Source of the DNA: Anthoceros angustus | Lineage: Eukaryota; Plantae; Anthocerotophyta | Assembly (NCBI GenBank): GCA_010909165.1 | Contig: VJWM01000178.1 | Span: 310,001 to 374,000, forward strand | Direction of reading: 5' to 3' | DNA length: 64,000 nucleotides | Shown: in pieces, positions 49,631 to 62,039 of the stretch | Numbering within the stretch: position 1 is the first letter of the stretch | Layout: every line of letters begins with the position of its first letter | The notes under the pieces: generated by a model | Seen by the model: the letters and a program-made list of their open reading frames with translations, nothing else | Told to the model about the DNA's origin: nothing | Database searches by the model: none | Translations under genes and position numbers: made by a program

Positions 49631-52600
49631 ATGGGCGCAATGCAGAACGAGTGGTTGAATGGCTACCTGGAGGCAATTCTGGACACAGGAGAGGAAGACC
49701 TCCGCTCATGCGACATCTCACAGAATGACAGTCCCGCTGCCAAGTATTTCGTGGCTACGGTTACGGGATATGACGAGAAGTCGCTCTTTCACTCCTGGAG
49801 TCAGGTGAGGCGTTGTGTGAATTGCTGAGCTGCGTAGATCTGCTCGTGCTGCATCGGTGGCTGATGAGGATCTTGGTGACGGCAGGCTGCAGTGGCCAGA
49901 AATGGACTTTCGAGGGCTGGCCGGCTGGAGAACATGTGCTGGAGGATTTGGCACTTGGCTCGCAGGAAGAGGCAGGTGTGTACTCGGGTTCAATTTTCGA
50001 AGCAAGTAGAGCAATTCGAGAGGCTGATTGCTAGTTTGCGTGCAAGAGCTTTGGTAGTTTGCATGCAGAGGAAGAGAGATTCCAGAAGCCTACATCTCCT
50101 CCTCCTGTGGAAGAAAGGTGGAGGGTCGTCGTTTTGGAGGACTCGAGCAATTCTAGCTGTGAGCTAACAATAATTGCATTCCCGTCTCGGTTTTGTCAGC
50201 TTGGGGTGGAGGAGTCAAGACGGGCTTCAAAGCGACAAACTGAGGAGGATAAGAGTCTTAGCGAAGCTATAGAGGACATGTCCGAAGATTTGTCGGAGGC
50301 GGAAAAAGCTGATTCATCTGAAAACGAGATCAAGTTGGCAAGGTCAAGCTCGGATTCTGGAACTGATGCAGAGCCTCTCCCCTCCCCGGATAGGCGGTTG
50401 TACGTGGTTCTCATCAGGTAAGCCAGAAGATATTCTTAAGTGACGTGCATGGTACCTGGATTTCGCAAATGTTGCTTTCAGGTCTTGTGCCCTAACGATC
50501 CTGCGTGAAGAGTTGCTAGCATTGGCATGTTGGTTTTCGTAGCTGCTAATGAGTTTGGTGCTGTGACTGCAGTTTGCATGGCCTGGTGCGAGGAGACAAC
50601 ATGGAGCTTGGGCGAGACTCTGACACTGGAGGCCAGGTATGGGCTTTGGTAGGAAGTTTTTTTTATGTATATGCTAAGCTAGATTGGACTATACATAACT
50701 TTGTGTTGCCTGGAATTGAGCAGGTGAAGTACGTCGTTGAGCTTGCAAGGGCTCTTGCGCAGATGCCTGAGGTGTATAGGGTTGACTTGTTGACTCGTCA
50801 GATATGTGGGCCTAATGTGGACTGGAGCTATGGAGAACCAACAGAAATGTTGACTGGCATGGATGCTCATTCAGAAGCTGGAGAGAGCAGTGGTGCTTAC
50901 ATTGTTCGTATTCCATGTGGACCAAGGGATAAATACCTACCGAAAGAGTCTCTCTGGCCTTATATCCAGGAGTTTGTGGATGGGGCTCTGACTCACATTC
51001 TGCAGATGTCCAAAGTTCTTGGGGAGCAGATGGATCGTGGGCACGTGTGGCCATATGTTATTCATGGCCACTATGCAGACGCCGGTGACATTGCTGCTCT
51101 GTTGTCTGGGGCCCTTAGTGTACCTATGGTGTTAACTGGTCATTCTTTAGGACGCAACAAACTAGAACAGCTCCTCAAACAGGGGAAAAAATCTGAGGAA
51201 GATATCAATAGTACGTACAAGATTATGAGGAGAATTGAGGCCGAGGAGCTGTCCTTAGATGCTGCAGAGCTTGTAATCACGAGCACAAGTCAAGAGATAA
51301 ACGAACAGTGGGGCATCTATGACGGGTATGATGTTAAATTAGAGAAGAAACTCCGGGCACGAGTGAAGAAGGGGCTTAGCTGTCATGGGCGATACATGCC
51401 ACTAATGGCGGTAAGCTGAATGCACATGCGGTGGTTGTGCATCTGTGATTGGAACTGCTTAGTGCGATAGCTTGTGTCCTTCTGGTCGGAAGTGTAGTAA
51501 TTTGTGAAGTCGGACTATGTGTGACTACAGGTTATTCCTCCTGGAATGGACTTCAGTCATGTAGTAGTCCAAGATGCTGGCGATGTTTTCGACACTGATG
51601 TGGACACGGTGGCGTTCACAGGCTCAGATGCGTCTGTCCTGACACCAATGTCGCCTCGTGCAGATCCTCAGATTTGGGGTGAAGTAAGTTAACACTGTCG
51701 TGCAGGGTTTTGTTCAAGCTGCAGTGCACTGGGTGTCAAGGACCCTGCTGCATGCTGCATGCAAAGGTTTTTGACTGCAAAGTCTTTTTCGTAACTGGCA
51801 GATTATGAAGTTCTTATCAAATCCACATAAGCCCATGATTTTGGCACTAGCTCGCCCTGATCCCAAGAAGAACATACCAACATTGATAAATGCGTTTGGA
51901 AGTTGCAAGCAGCTGCGGGAGCTTGCAAACCTGGTAAGTGTGTTTGGGCCCCTCGCAGTTGAAGATTTGGGATTAGACAAATCCTGCGTCTCTGGGATTG
52001 CATGCGGTTTGGTGTATTTTTCAGTTTCGGTTCTTGCGGTTGGGGCGTTTGTCATGGAGCATGATAAGTTGCTCAGTTTGGCCTGCTCAATACATTTCTT
52101 GGCCTGCAGACGCTGATTATGGGAAATAGAGAGGAGCTAGATGACATGTCTGCTGGCAATGCTTCTGTACTCAAGACAACGTTTCAGTTGATCGACAAGT
52201 ATGACCTTTATGGTCAAGTTGCATATCCGAAGAAGCACAAGCAGAGTGAAGTGCCTGACATATATCGGCTAGCAGCAAAGACGAAGGTTGGGCTTCTGTG
52301 AAGGTCGTGGGGTAGTTTTACATCTGCATTTGTTTTTCTGCAATAGTTACTTTTTCTGGTCGATCAACTAATGCCCGTGACACTGATCTGACAGGGTGTG
52401 TTCGTAAATCCAGCATTGGTTGAACCCTTTGGACTTACACTAATTGAGGTTCGTGCCAATCTGTTCAGTTTGGCTAGCCACATTGGCCATGGTGTTTTGC
52501 TGTTTTCATGCCTCCAGGTGTAGGTGGATGTTTTTGTCTTCATTGCAAATGGTGGGGCTATCTATCATCCCGACTATTTGTTTGCACAGGCAGCGGCTCA

Positions 52601-54497
52601 TGGGCTGCCGCTGGTGGCCACAAAAAATGGTGGACCTAATGATATTCTACAAGTAAGCACCCTTTCACGGACTCAAAGCTGATTTGTTCCTTGAAGTAGG
52701 GGCCTGTTGGTCTGACGCTTAACTTTGTGAAGGCTCTCAGCAATGGTATCTTGGTGGATCCTCATGATCATAAATCCATATCCGAAGCACTCCTGAAATT
52801 GCTGTCAGACCGAACACTTTGGAATGAGTGCCGTCGCAAAGGGCTGAAAAACATTCATCTCTACTCTTGGCCGGAGCACTGCCGAAAATACTTGGACCGG
52901 ATTGCTTTATGCCGAATGCGCCATCCTCAGTGGCAAACTGAGCCATCACCAGATGGCGATGCAGAGACGGAATCTCAAGGAGACTCTGTTGGGGATATCC
53001 GTGATCTCCGGCTCTCTATTGACGGGGAGAGGTTAGTTGGGTCAATCAACCAAGAATGTGCTGAGCTTGTGAGAAGTTGCAGTGAAGCGAAGATGGCTGG
53101 TAGACGTTCTCAGGGAAAGCTTGAGCCGATGAAGGAGGGGAACGAGGCTGGTTCCGATGACCACGTCGATGGGTACATGACTGGACACACGAATGGAGGC
53201 ATGGATGGCAACACGAATGGTTGTGTGGATGGCCATACGAATGGTGGCATGGATGGCAACACAAATGGTGGTATGGATGATCACACGAATGGTGGCATGG
53301 ATGGCAACACGAATCATGACATGCACGGCCACATGGATGGTCTCGTCGATGGCAATGCCAATGGTCATAGAGATGGAGTGGGGCATAGAGGCCCAGTTCT
53401 TCGAACCAGAAAACGTCTCATCATTATTGCGGTTGACGCCTACTCTGCTTCTGGGGAGCTCACTCCTGGGTTTATAGACATTGTGCGAGGGGCGCTTAAG
53501 GATGTCAAATCAGGCAGTCTAAACACAGGGGTGGTGTTGTCGACATCGCTCAGTATCTCAGAAGTTGAGAAATTTCTGGACAAGGCTAGCTTGGCAGCCA
53601 ATGACTTTGATGCAGTTATATCCAGCAGTGGCAGTGAACTTTACTATCCATCTGATCGGACCTCAGATGGGTCAAGGTTTCTGGTTGACCCTCACTACGT
53701 ACAGCACATTGAATACCGGTGGGGCGGTGAGGGCTTAAAGAAGACTATGGCCCGGTTTATTGCGGAATTTGATGTAGACAAGGAGGCTAAACCTGGAAAA
53801 GGAAAGCGAGCGCTAGAAGAAGACGACGAGCGAAGCAATGCACACTGTCTAGCGTATGAAGTTACCAATCAGTCTATTGTAAGCTTTGTCTGAAGCATTA
53901 ACTGCATTGCCTTGTTTTCCTTGTATAGAGTAGTCCGCCACTGATGCTAGGAGTCACTGACATGGAGTTGGTTGTGTCTAGGCACCAGCAGTGGGCGAGT
54001 TGCGGACGCATCTACGGTTACGTGGCCTACGATGTCATGTGGTATACTGTCAGGCTGCTACAAAGCTCCATCTGCTTCCTCTTCTGGCATCGCGCTCCCA
54101 AGCCTTGAGGTAGAAAAAAAAGCATGGATATGCTTCGAAGATGTCATTAACCCTTCAGGATTCGTGAACATCAGTCAATTCATTGTTCACTCTGCTTACA
54201 TGACAGTGCGTATGCAGGTACTTTTTTGTACGCTGGGGAGTTGACGTTGCCAACATGGTCTTGCTAGTGGGTGAAACGGGTGACACAGATTATGAAGAGA
54301 TGTTGTCCGGCACCCACAAGACAGCAATCTTGAGCAAGGGGGTTGAAACGGGCTCGGAAATTCTTCTGCGCGCTCGGAGGGGTTGTACTAGAGATGACTT
54401 TTATGATCGGAATTCCCCCAATGTTTTCACCTTGGATGAGTACAATTCTGAGCGGCTAAAGGAGGTAATGAAGAAAGTCGAAAGGAGTGGCCTCTAA
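49631..54497 (+). CDS. SPS: Sucrose-phosphate synthase, multi-exon
   Basis: [50 protein letters not shown]|[58 protein letters not shown]. Confidence 0.96.
53183..53368 (+). repeat. In-frame 24-bp (8-aa) coding minisatellite x~8 in the SPS linker
   Basis: [62 protein letters not shown]. Confidence 0.9.
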
Positions 54498-55005
54498 GTT
54501 GCTGTTGCATTTCATGTACATAGAACTGTAGAGTAGGTGTACGAACTGATGTCTAGGCAATATTCGGAATCTAAGTTGTACATGAGAGGAAGATACCAGT
54601 TGAAAAAGCGGCAAGATATGTGTGAGTATTATGTGGGAGGCGTGTACACTATTATCAAATTGTATTTCTTTCGCGCGCAAAGCTCCTTGGATAAAAGCTT
54701 GTTTGAAAACTATAGGCCTGGAACACATCATCTTCCTGCGAGATATATTAAAGCGAATTGGCTTTTGGAAGATTGATGGCCAAATCCCAATTAATAGCCT
54801 TTTCTGACAAGGCCTCGGCTAAACCCTAGAAGCTGAAAAGAAGGGCCTAGAAGCTGAAAAGAAGGGTTTGGCAGACTGCTGAAGATGCTAAACCTTGAAC
54901 AAATTGCAAAAGATGTTAACCCTAAAGGCTGAATAGATTACAAAAGATGTCGGCATACTGTTAAAGGGTGAAAAGAAGAGTTTAACCAACTGCAAAAGAT
55001 GCCAA

Positions 55006-55160
55006 ACCCTACTCAATCTTGAATGCAGCAGAAAATGCAAACTAAACCCTATAGGCAACCCTGCTCAATCTTGAACGCAGCAGAAAATGCAAACTAAACC
55101 CTATAGGCAACCCTGCTCAATCTTGAACGCAGCAGAAAATGCAAACTAAACCCTATAGGC
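55006..55160. repeat. 52-bp tandem repeat x3 containing TAAACCCTA
   Basis: ACCCT(A/G)CTCAATCTTGAA(T/C)GCAGCAGAAAATGCAAACTAAACCCTATAGGCA at 55006, 55058 and 55110. Confidence 0.92.
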
Positions 55161-55635
55161 TGCAAAAGATACTAAACCCTGAAGGCTGAAAAGGAGGGTT
55201 TAACAAAGTACTACAAAAGATGTTGAACGAAGAGCTCAATGCCAAACTTAGATCTCCATGCCAATTGTCTTACTGTTGAAAGAGTTCACAAATTAGTCCG
55301 CCCTAGTTTGTTGTAAGAAGTCAACCTTTTAGAAGTATTATACCAGGTATTTACATACAATTGCTCCCTTGGCTGCCAAGTGGTTCTCAAACAATCAAGC
55401 AATATATCAAAAGTATGTGGAGTTCTTGTGGTACAAGTTTATTTCAATTATGCTTGTATAGGAACCTATGAAAGTGTACTCATCCGGGGTGTTCTGTGCC
55501 ATAGTGACGATTTACAAAAGCCAAGGGTATGATACAACATGGAAAACTGCCAAAAGTAGTGAGACTGCTGATGGATGCCTTTTTTGATCCGCAGGAGCTG
55601 GAGATCCTATATCAAATGTGTGTCCAAATGGCTTA

Positions 55636-56010
55636 GGCCAAATGGACACGCATTTATAAGAACTTAGTGATTAAGCATCCTGTGCTTAGATTGGTACTTC
55701 AATAAACCTAAAGGGAGTGGATGCCCTTGGTGTAAATAGATTAGGCACACCATGGTACAAGTTGTTAAAGAGCAGAATTCTATGGGGTGCCTAAAGGGAG
55801 TGGATGCCATTGGTGCAAGTAGCTTAGGCACACCATGGTACAAGTTGTTAAGAGCATTCTGCGCGTAGAAGGTACTTAGATGGGGTGCCTAAAGGGAGTG
55901 GATGCCCTTGGTGCAAGTAGCTTAGGCACACCATGGTACAAGTTGTTAAGCACCAAGTCCCATGCCAGAAATCCATCCTTAGTGGACTTTAATAAAATTC
56001 TTCTTCTTCT
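55636..56010. repeat. Dispersed repeat copy B (uninterrupted) with an internal ~65-bp core triplicated
   Basis: Three copies of CCTAAAGGGAGTGGATGCC.TTGGTG.AA.TAG.TTAGGCACACCATGGTACAAGTTGTTAA; joins the two halves of copy A. Confidence 0.85.
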
Positions 56011-58072
56011 TCTATCCCATCTTCCACTTCCCCTTTTTCTTCTCTCTTCCTTCAAGAAGAGGAGGGAAGAAAGAGGAAGGACAACAATTCTCAACAAGCT
56101 TATCAGTGTATGGTGAATGGTAGCCCAGTCAGCCTACATGTCATACATTGAATGGTAGATCAGTCAGCCTACATATCATATAGTCTCAAGACTTCCATTT
56201 TGAACAAATAGACACTAGTTGGTTGGGACGAACTTTTGCAAACGGATAAGTCATTACTTTAGAAGAGATTGAGTTTGTTCAAGATCCACATATGTACATA
56301 CTTCCCATGTTATTACTATGCATTCCTTCAATTGTGATGCCAGGAAGGAAGGTGTGAATGAAGTGTCAAGACCTGCGGAACATGAGAAGCGGATATTAGT
56401 CCGGACTAGGGTCTTTAAGTACACAAGATCGTGCGATGCTGAGCCAACAGCGGAACCTACACAAACATATCTTGACTGTCTCGAAATGTGGGCGGAATTG
56501 AAAAGGATATTAAAACATGTGCTGGAACATCCTAATTAGTTGGCGACTTGAAAAGCACTGGCCGTGGCCAAACTAGGCAGCCTCATGCAGATTCGAGCCA
56601 CGATCGTGAGATCGCGGCATGTGAAGAATGTTCACGACAGAAGATCATGTAGTGTTGCTGGGACCGAGGTGGGGACTGATTGTACGTTGGCCCGATGTCA
56701 GGCCCTCGTGATAAGGGCACTGGCCTCCCCCGTCCAGCTCACCCACGAAGTTGCACATTTGAAGTTTTAACGTAAGACGAGTTGATGTATATGGACGGTT
56801 ATAATGGTGCACATGGTGGAGGGCACACAAGTAACAGCCCATTTGTTCATCCGATTCCCTCCATGCAGATTCCTCGCTTTTGCCCACGCTGCATGTTATG
56901 TTCCTGGGCATGACAAAAAACTGAAAGGAATCCTTTCAGGGGAACCATTGCTAGGTGCCACGGGGGAGGGAGGGACTGGGTGTCTACACAAATCGTACGG
57001 GACGGGACGGGACGGGACGGGGCGGAGAGGCCTGGCCTGCAAGTGCGCTGATGTCAACAGCATGATCGGTTAGCCCATATGCCTCCTGCCAAAATTCCTC
57101 ACCATAGCCGATATCCATCACACCGGTTGAAATATCTTCAGTCCCAGACCTGTACTGCAGGGCACTGGTGCAGGCCAAGTCATTCCGAGACAAGTTATGC
57201 GATGTAACTTAGAAGCAATGACTGTAGATCTCACTGTACAATTATCCATCATGCCGGTTCAACCCCCAAGGCTTCACCTGGCAGCAGCTATAGCTAGCTA
57301 GCTAGCTAGTTATGGTGTAAAACAAGAACAAGAACAAGAATTCTACCCCCCTGCAACTTGAGCGCGTCCTAATGGGGAGGGTTAGAATCTACCTTAAGCA
57401 GCCTATGCCTGTACCTAGAAATTATCTGAGACACTGATTGGCCAAGGCGACAGCAGGCACCGCAAGGAGTGCGCTGCAGCTCTTGGCCAGCCTCCAGTAA
57501 GCCTCACACTGACAGATTGAGCACCAGAATCCGAGTGCCAACATAAGGAATTCATGCACCTGCTCAACTGCTTGGAACTCGTATGTGCTACAGGGTACAT
57601 ACCAATTTTTTTGAGGGGAGCGCTGTATCCATGGGCAAATGGATGTGACTCCCAGAAGACGGAGGACAGTTTTAATCTACTATATATATGCGCTAGCTAA
57701 GCTAGCGCTCACGGAATTTTAATAATTGTGGCTCCTGAGTTCAGCTGAAAGCATCTGGTACGGAGGCCTCTTCTTGAAGATGATCCCCTTCGATTCTAGC
57801 AGTGTAGAGTGCAAACAGAACAACTGACCAGTGTGGAGGCCTGAAAATTGCTCCTACAATAGAGAACATATGTGATGAGCACAGAGAAAAACATAGTTGA
57901 AAGTCGAGGGGGTAGACCTGTAAATCATTCGACTGTCGCTGCGCCACATGCTGTTTAGGACGTGGATGATCATGGATCCATGGTTCGAGGTCAAAGATTC
58001 TGGGCCGCGGCTGAAGTGGGGAATTCTCGAGGTCCTGCGCAATATATAAGCAGAGAGCTCGAGAGGCCTCCT

Positions 58073-60729
58073 CTAAATCGTGTCAAGAACAGCCGCTATG
58101 CGTTGCAACTCGGGGGACATGGGGGCAACGAGGCCTGAACGCTGGTATAGTTCAGGTTCCCAGTTGCTCATGCCAGGGCTGCCGGTGGCGAGGCTGGGAG
58201 CTGCTGCGGCGTTGCCGTTGTGACCCCTGTCTGGGAAGGCATCTTGGGCTGCTGCGCCTGTTACAACCTTGGACCTCAGACTGGAATCTTCGTTGAAGTC
58301 GTTGATTAGGCTGATGACCCTCGAGTCGTCCAGAGCTGGTGTATGAGGATTCATAGTGGAGCCCACTGGCAGGAGGTCGCACCATTTCGTGACATTCCGC
58401 GTTACAGACCTGTCGGATTCTCCTCCATACGGCCTAGTGGAAGAACAGTTCCCGAGGTCGCCTTGGCGGGTACTCGGGCTATTGTGGTCCAGAGCCATGA
58501 GGTGGCCGAAATTGGGAGCTTGAGAGTCGAAGGTAGTCTCACTATGGCCAGTGCCATTCTCCGCGCAGAATCCCAGTCGGTCAGCCTGGCACAATGGCAA
58601 CCGAGTGTCGGAAAAATTCTGGGAGCCCCAGAAGCCAGTGCTGCAGTTCTGCTGATAAAGACTCGGGCTGATTGCTGCAGCATTGCTGCTGTGCCTGTCC
58701 ACTGCCGTGGCATTGCTGGTGCAGGCACTGTCCGCCCAGAAGTTGACATTCCCGCTGCTGGAGGCAGAATCCACCGACACCGAGGACAGGGAAGTGCACA
58801 TTTCAGTAGACCCGCTGTGTCCCCCCTCCGTGGTCCTCAGAACAAGACTCTCGGCCTGCTGCAAATGCTGGTTAGAAGAGGTGGAGATGTCGGAAGACTC
58901 GATGGCTGGAGCTGCATTGTCGGAGAAGAATGCTCGTGGCTTCATGGAGGGTGCGTTGAGAGAGCCGATGTTGGCAGTGATGCTGCTCAGGTCCCCTGAC
59001 GAGTCTCCCATATTGAACCTGAAGCTGCTGGCACCGCCGAGCTGGAGCTCCATGCTTGCCATATCCGAGGTGCCGCTCCCATGGTGCTTGCAATTGCCGT
59101 CATGATGCATGCCTGAGACATTGAAGAGGGAGAGAGGAGAAGAGCAGCGAGCCTCGATTCCGGAGCTGGTCCCAGCGGCAGTGCTGGTGCAGGGGGCAAT
59201 ACCAGGGCCCCCGCCATGGACAGAGGGGGAATTGGGATTCCCAAGGAGCCAGAACACGGGGTTGTAAGCGGCCGGCACCATGGGGTCGTCAGCTCCATCC
59301 GTATCCATGTCCGACAAGGGGTACTGGTGGTTAATCTCACTCACTGCAGATGCGTCGGAGAAGATCTTCATACCGGAGGGCATTACGTTGGTCATGGACT
59401 CCATGGAGGAACAAGAACCGGGAAGCTGATTGTTGAGAACCGCCGTCCTGACGCTGGGATGCTTGGGCGTCCACAGCGCTCTCTCATACACCCCCAGCTG
59501 AGCATCTCCGGATCCGGAAAGGTGGTGCAGGTCTGGAGGCTGCAAGTCGATGGCGCCTGCCGGCGCAAACGCTGATGGCCTGCCAGGTGCCCGGAAGTCG
59601 GAGCCCATTTTCCTGTCCAGAAGTGACGGCAGAGTCTTAAAGGGCTCCTGAGCCGCCGAGGAGGCGCAACCAAATGGCCCAAACAGGCTGGGCATGTGCT
59701 TGAAGCTGTCATATAAACGGGATGCCCCGGAAGACGAGCCGGGCAGCTGCGAGGCAGTCATGCCAAGTGTGCCAGGACCAGCTGGTGTCGACAAGCTCAC
59801 CTGCATACTGTCCCTGTGGTTGAAGAAGGGCGGAAGGCCTGGCTTGCTGTGATCATAGTGGTGAAATTGTTGAAGAGCTTGGTCAGAGCCGGCAAGCTTG
59901 TGAGTGTTGGGGTCGATGCCGACCTGTTTCAGCTTTTTCTTGATGCACGAGTTCCAGAAGTTCTTGATCTCGTTGTCGGTCCTGCCAGGTAGCTGGGTCG
60001 CGATTTGAGACCATCTGCACAGATTTCGCAGCCTGAGAGTGTCAGAGCCTGGGGCTTGCAAGCGTTCAAGATGTTTGTACAGTAAAGAAAGTTTGCAATC
60101 CTGTGGAACAGGTAGCAGCGATCGTCCGCACTGGAGACGTCCGAGCTGGAATTCATGCGAATGAGGGGGTGTAATGAATCTGGCAAGGACCTGTTACCGA
60201 GGACTGCGTGGAGGTCAATGATGAGCTTCTCCTCCGATGCAGAGAAGACGCCTCGCTTGAGATCGGGCCTGAGGTAGTTGATCCACCTGAGCCGGCAGCT
60301 TTTCCCGCAGCGCAGAAGTCCTGCAGGCGCATGGTGTGCAGCAGCAGCAGCAGTGAGAACCTTTGGTGGGGAAGGGTAGCTGCGCGGGAAGGGGGAGGTG
60401 GTAGCAGCTGGCAGGCAATTAGTGGCTTGCGACATGGTGCAGGTGACAAAGATGAGTCTGAGCTAGGTAGCATTGAATGAAGAGTGCAGAAGCAAGGTCA
60501 CAAGAATGTTGTCCAGAGGACCTGGTGATCTTTGAATGGCTGCAGTTAAAGTCATTGAAAGCTCCTGCAGTCAGTCATGAGTCACTCCACACTCACCTGC
60601 TTGCTTGGGGACAGCACTCCAACAGCCGTGACCATGCTTGGTGATGTATCGCACCAGCTTGTCGTCTTCCTCGGGTGACCACAAGCCTTTCTTGAGCTTC
60701 TGCTTGTGACAGCAGGAATGGCGGCCCAT
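58073..60729 (-). CDS. R2R3-MYB transcription factor, MYB50/55/61/86 clade, 3 exons, very long C-terminus
   Basis: [31 protein letters not shown]|[27 protein letters not shown]|[36 protein letters not shown]; ends [14 protein letters not shown]. Confidence 0.95.
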
Positions 60730-62039
60730 GGCAGCGGTGTTGGGAGACGCCCGTTGCGCATGCACGGGACGGCAACCGCCTGTCCTGTTTTGGTGTCACA
60801 GCTGGATCATCTGAGGCATGAGATGGAGGGTGATGAAGGCCCGCCTGCTGCAACCTTGCTTCAAACTCCCGACCGTGTCCTGGAGCATCCCGCTGCTGCC
60901 AGAATCCGAGACTCCGCTCTCACTCTTGAAACTGTACACCACAAGAGTCCGAAGAAGGCACCTCGTGAAGAAGTCTGCTCACAAATTGCTACATCTCGTA
61001 CACCGGCCAGGCTGGAGTGCGCCGAACGGAGGCGCCTGCAGGTGCTAGGGTGAAAGCATTGAGGCAGCGGCCGGTGGAGCACGAAGGTGATGACGGAAGT
61101 TGAATGCGCAGAGCAGAGCTGTAGAGGACGAACTTCAAGCAGTGACAGGTCCGGGGAAGCAGCTGGTTCCCGTTTGCATACTGAGGAGCGAAGGCTAGCG
61201 CTCTGCCTGCAGCAGCTCCTGCGAAGAGAAGGGAGTCGCAATTGTACCGTCCAGAGGGCCTGCGTACACAGTGTCCGGAAGCGGCGCGAGGTGGCGTAAT
61301 CCTTTGAAGAGCTGTGAGCCGAAGGTGCGGCAGTCCTAAGTTGTCCAAGTGTGGCAACAGTGAGCAGCAGCAGCAGCTATATATCTAGATACTCATTCTG
61401 AGACGGTCTGACAAGAGAGATAAGGCACATGCAGCGATGAATGCACGCACAGTGCACATCCACAGCCTTGTGTTGAGTTCACGCTCGGCATTCCAGATTT
61501 GGCACGCTAGAACAAAGCACTTGGTCCTGAAGCAGGCTGGAGCTATCCATCCAGCAGTCGCGAGATGGGGAGGCCACTAGTAAGCACTCCAGGACCTTCC
61601 TGAGCAAATTGAGTTATGGCGGTCCTGGAACGTCTGTGTGTAGAAGTCGCACGCTATGACAGCAGCTGATGCCCGCCTGATGATCTGGATCCACACATTG
61701 AGTCGGCCGAAGGTTGGCGCTTGCAAGAGAAGATAGAGTTGAGAGAATTTGAAGAGAATCTAGAGGCAGCAGGCAGTCTTTGAGGCTAGGAGATTGAAAT
61801 GAATCGCAAATCGCAGGTCGAAGCAGTCGGCCAGCTACAGTGCGGGAAGACACAAAGTGAAGAGGTGCGGCAGCAGCTTTCGGAGTGACGATGAGGAAGC
61901 TTGGCAAGCAAGCGTAAGCAGGCAACGGCAGGGGTATGGCAGGAATGCAGGCCTGAGCTCAAGATTGTTTTAGTCGGAAAGCACACAGGCAAGTCACACA
62001 AGAAGAAGCGCAGGAGCTGGTGGGAGGTTTGCGAGCACA

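Noticed and set aside
55006-55960. Short direct-repeat arrays resembling CRISPR
   Set aside because: Eukaryotic context, contiguous or non-unique spacers and no cas genes; these are minisatellites.
56318-57073. Coding-like short ORFs between SPS and MYB
   Set aside because: They are interrupted, lack recognisable homology and give no consistent exon chain.
58038-58052. Plus-strand TATATAAG facing the MYB 3' end (antisense promoter?)
   Set aside because: An AT-rich word in a 3' UTR is expected by chance; there is no transcript evidence.
59960-59990. miR858-type target site in the MYB R3 coding region
   Set aside because: About 7 mismatches to the canonical complement; the match reflects conserved GRTDNE codons.
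61408-61430. TGACAAGAGAGATAAGGCAC resembling miR156/535
   Set aside because: Several mismatches or gaps and no complementary star arm seen nearby.
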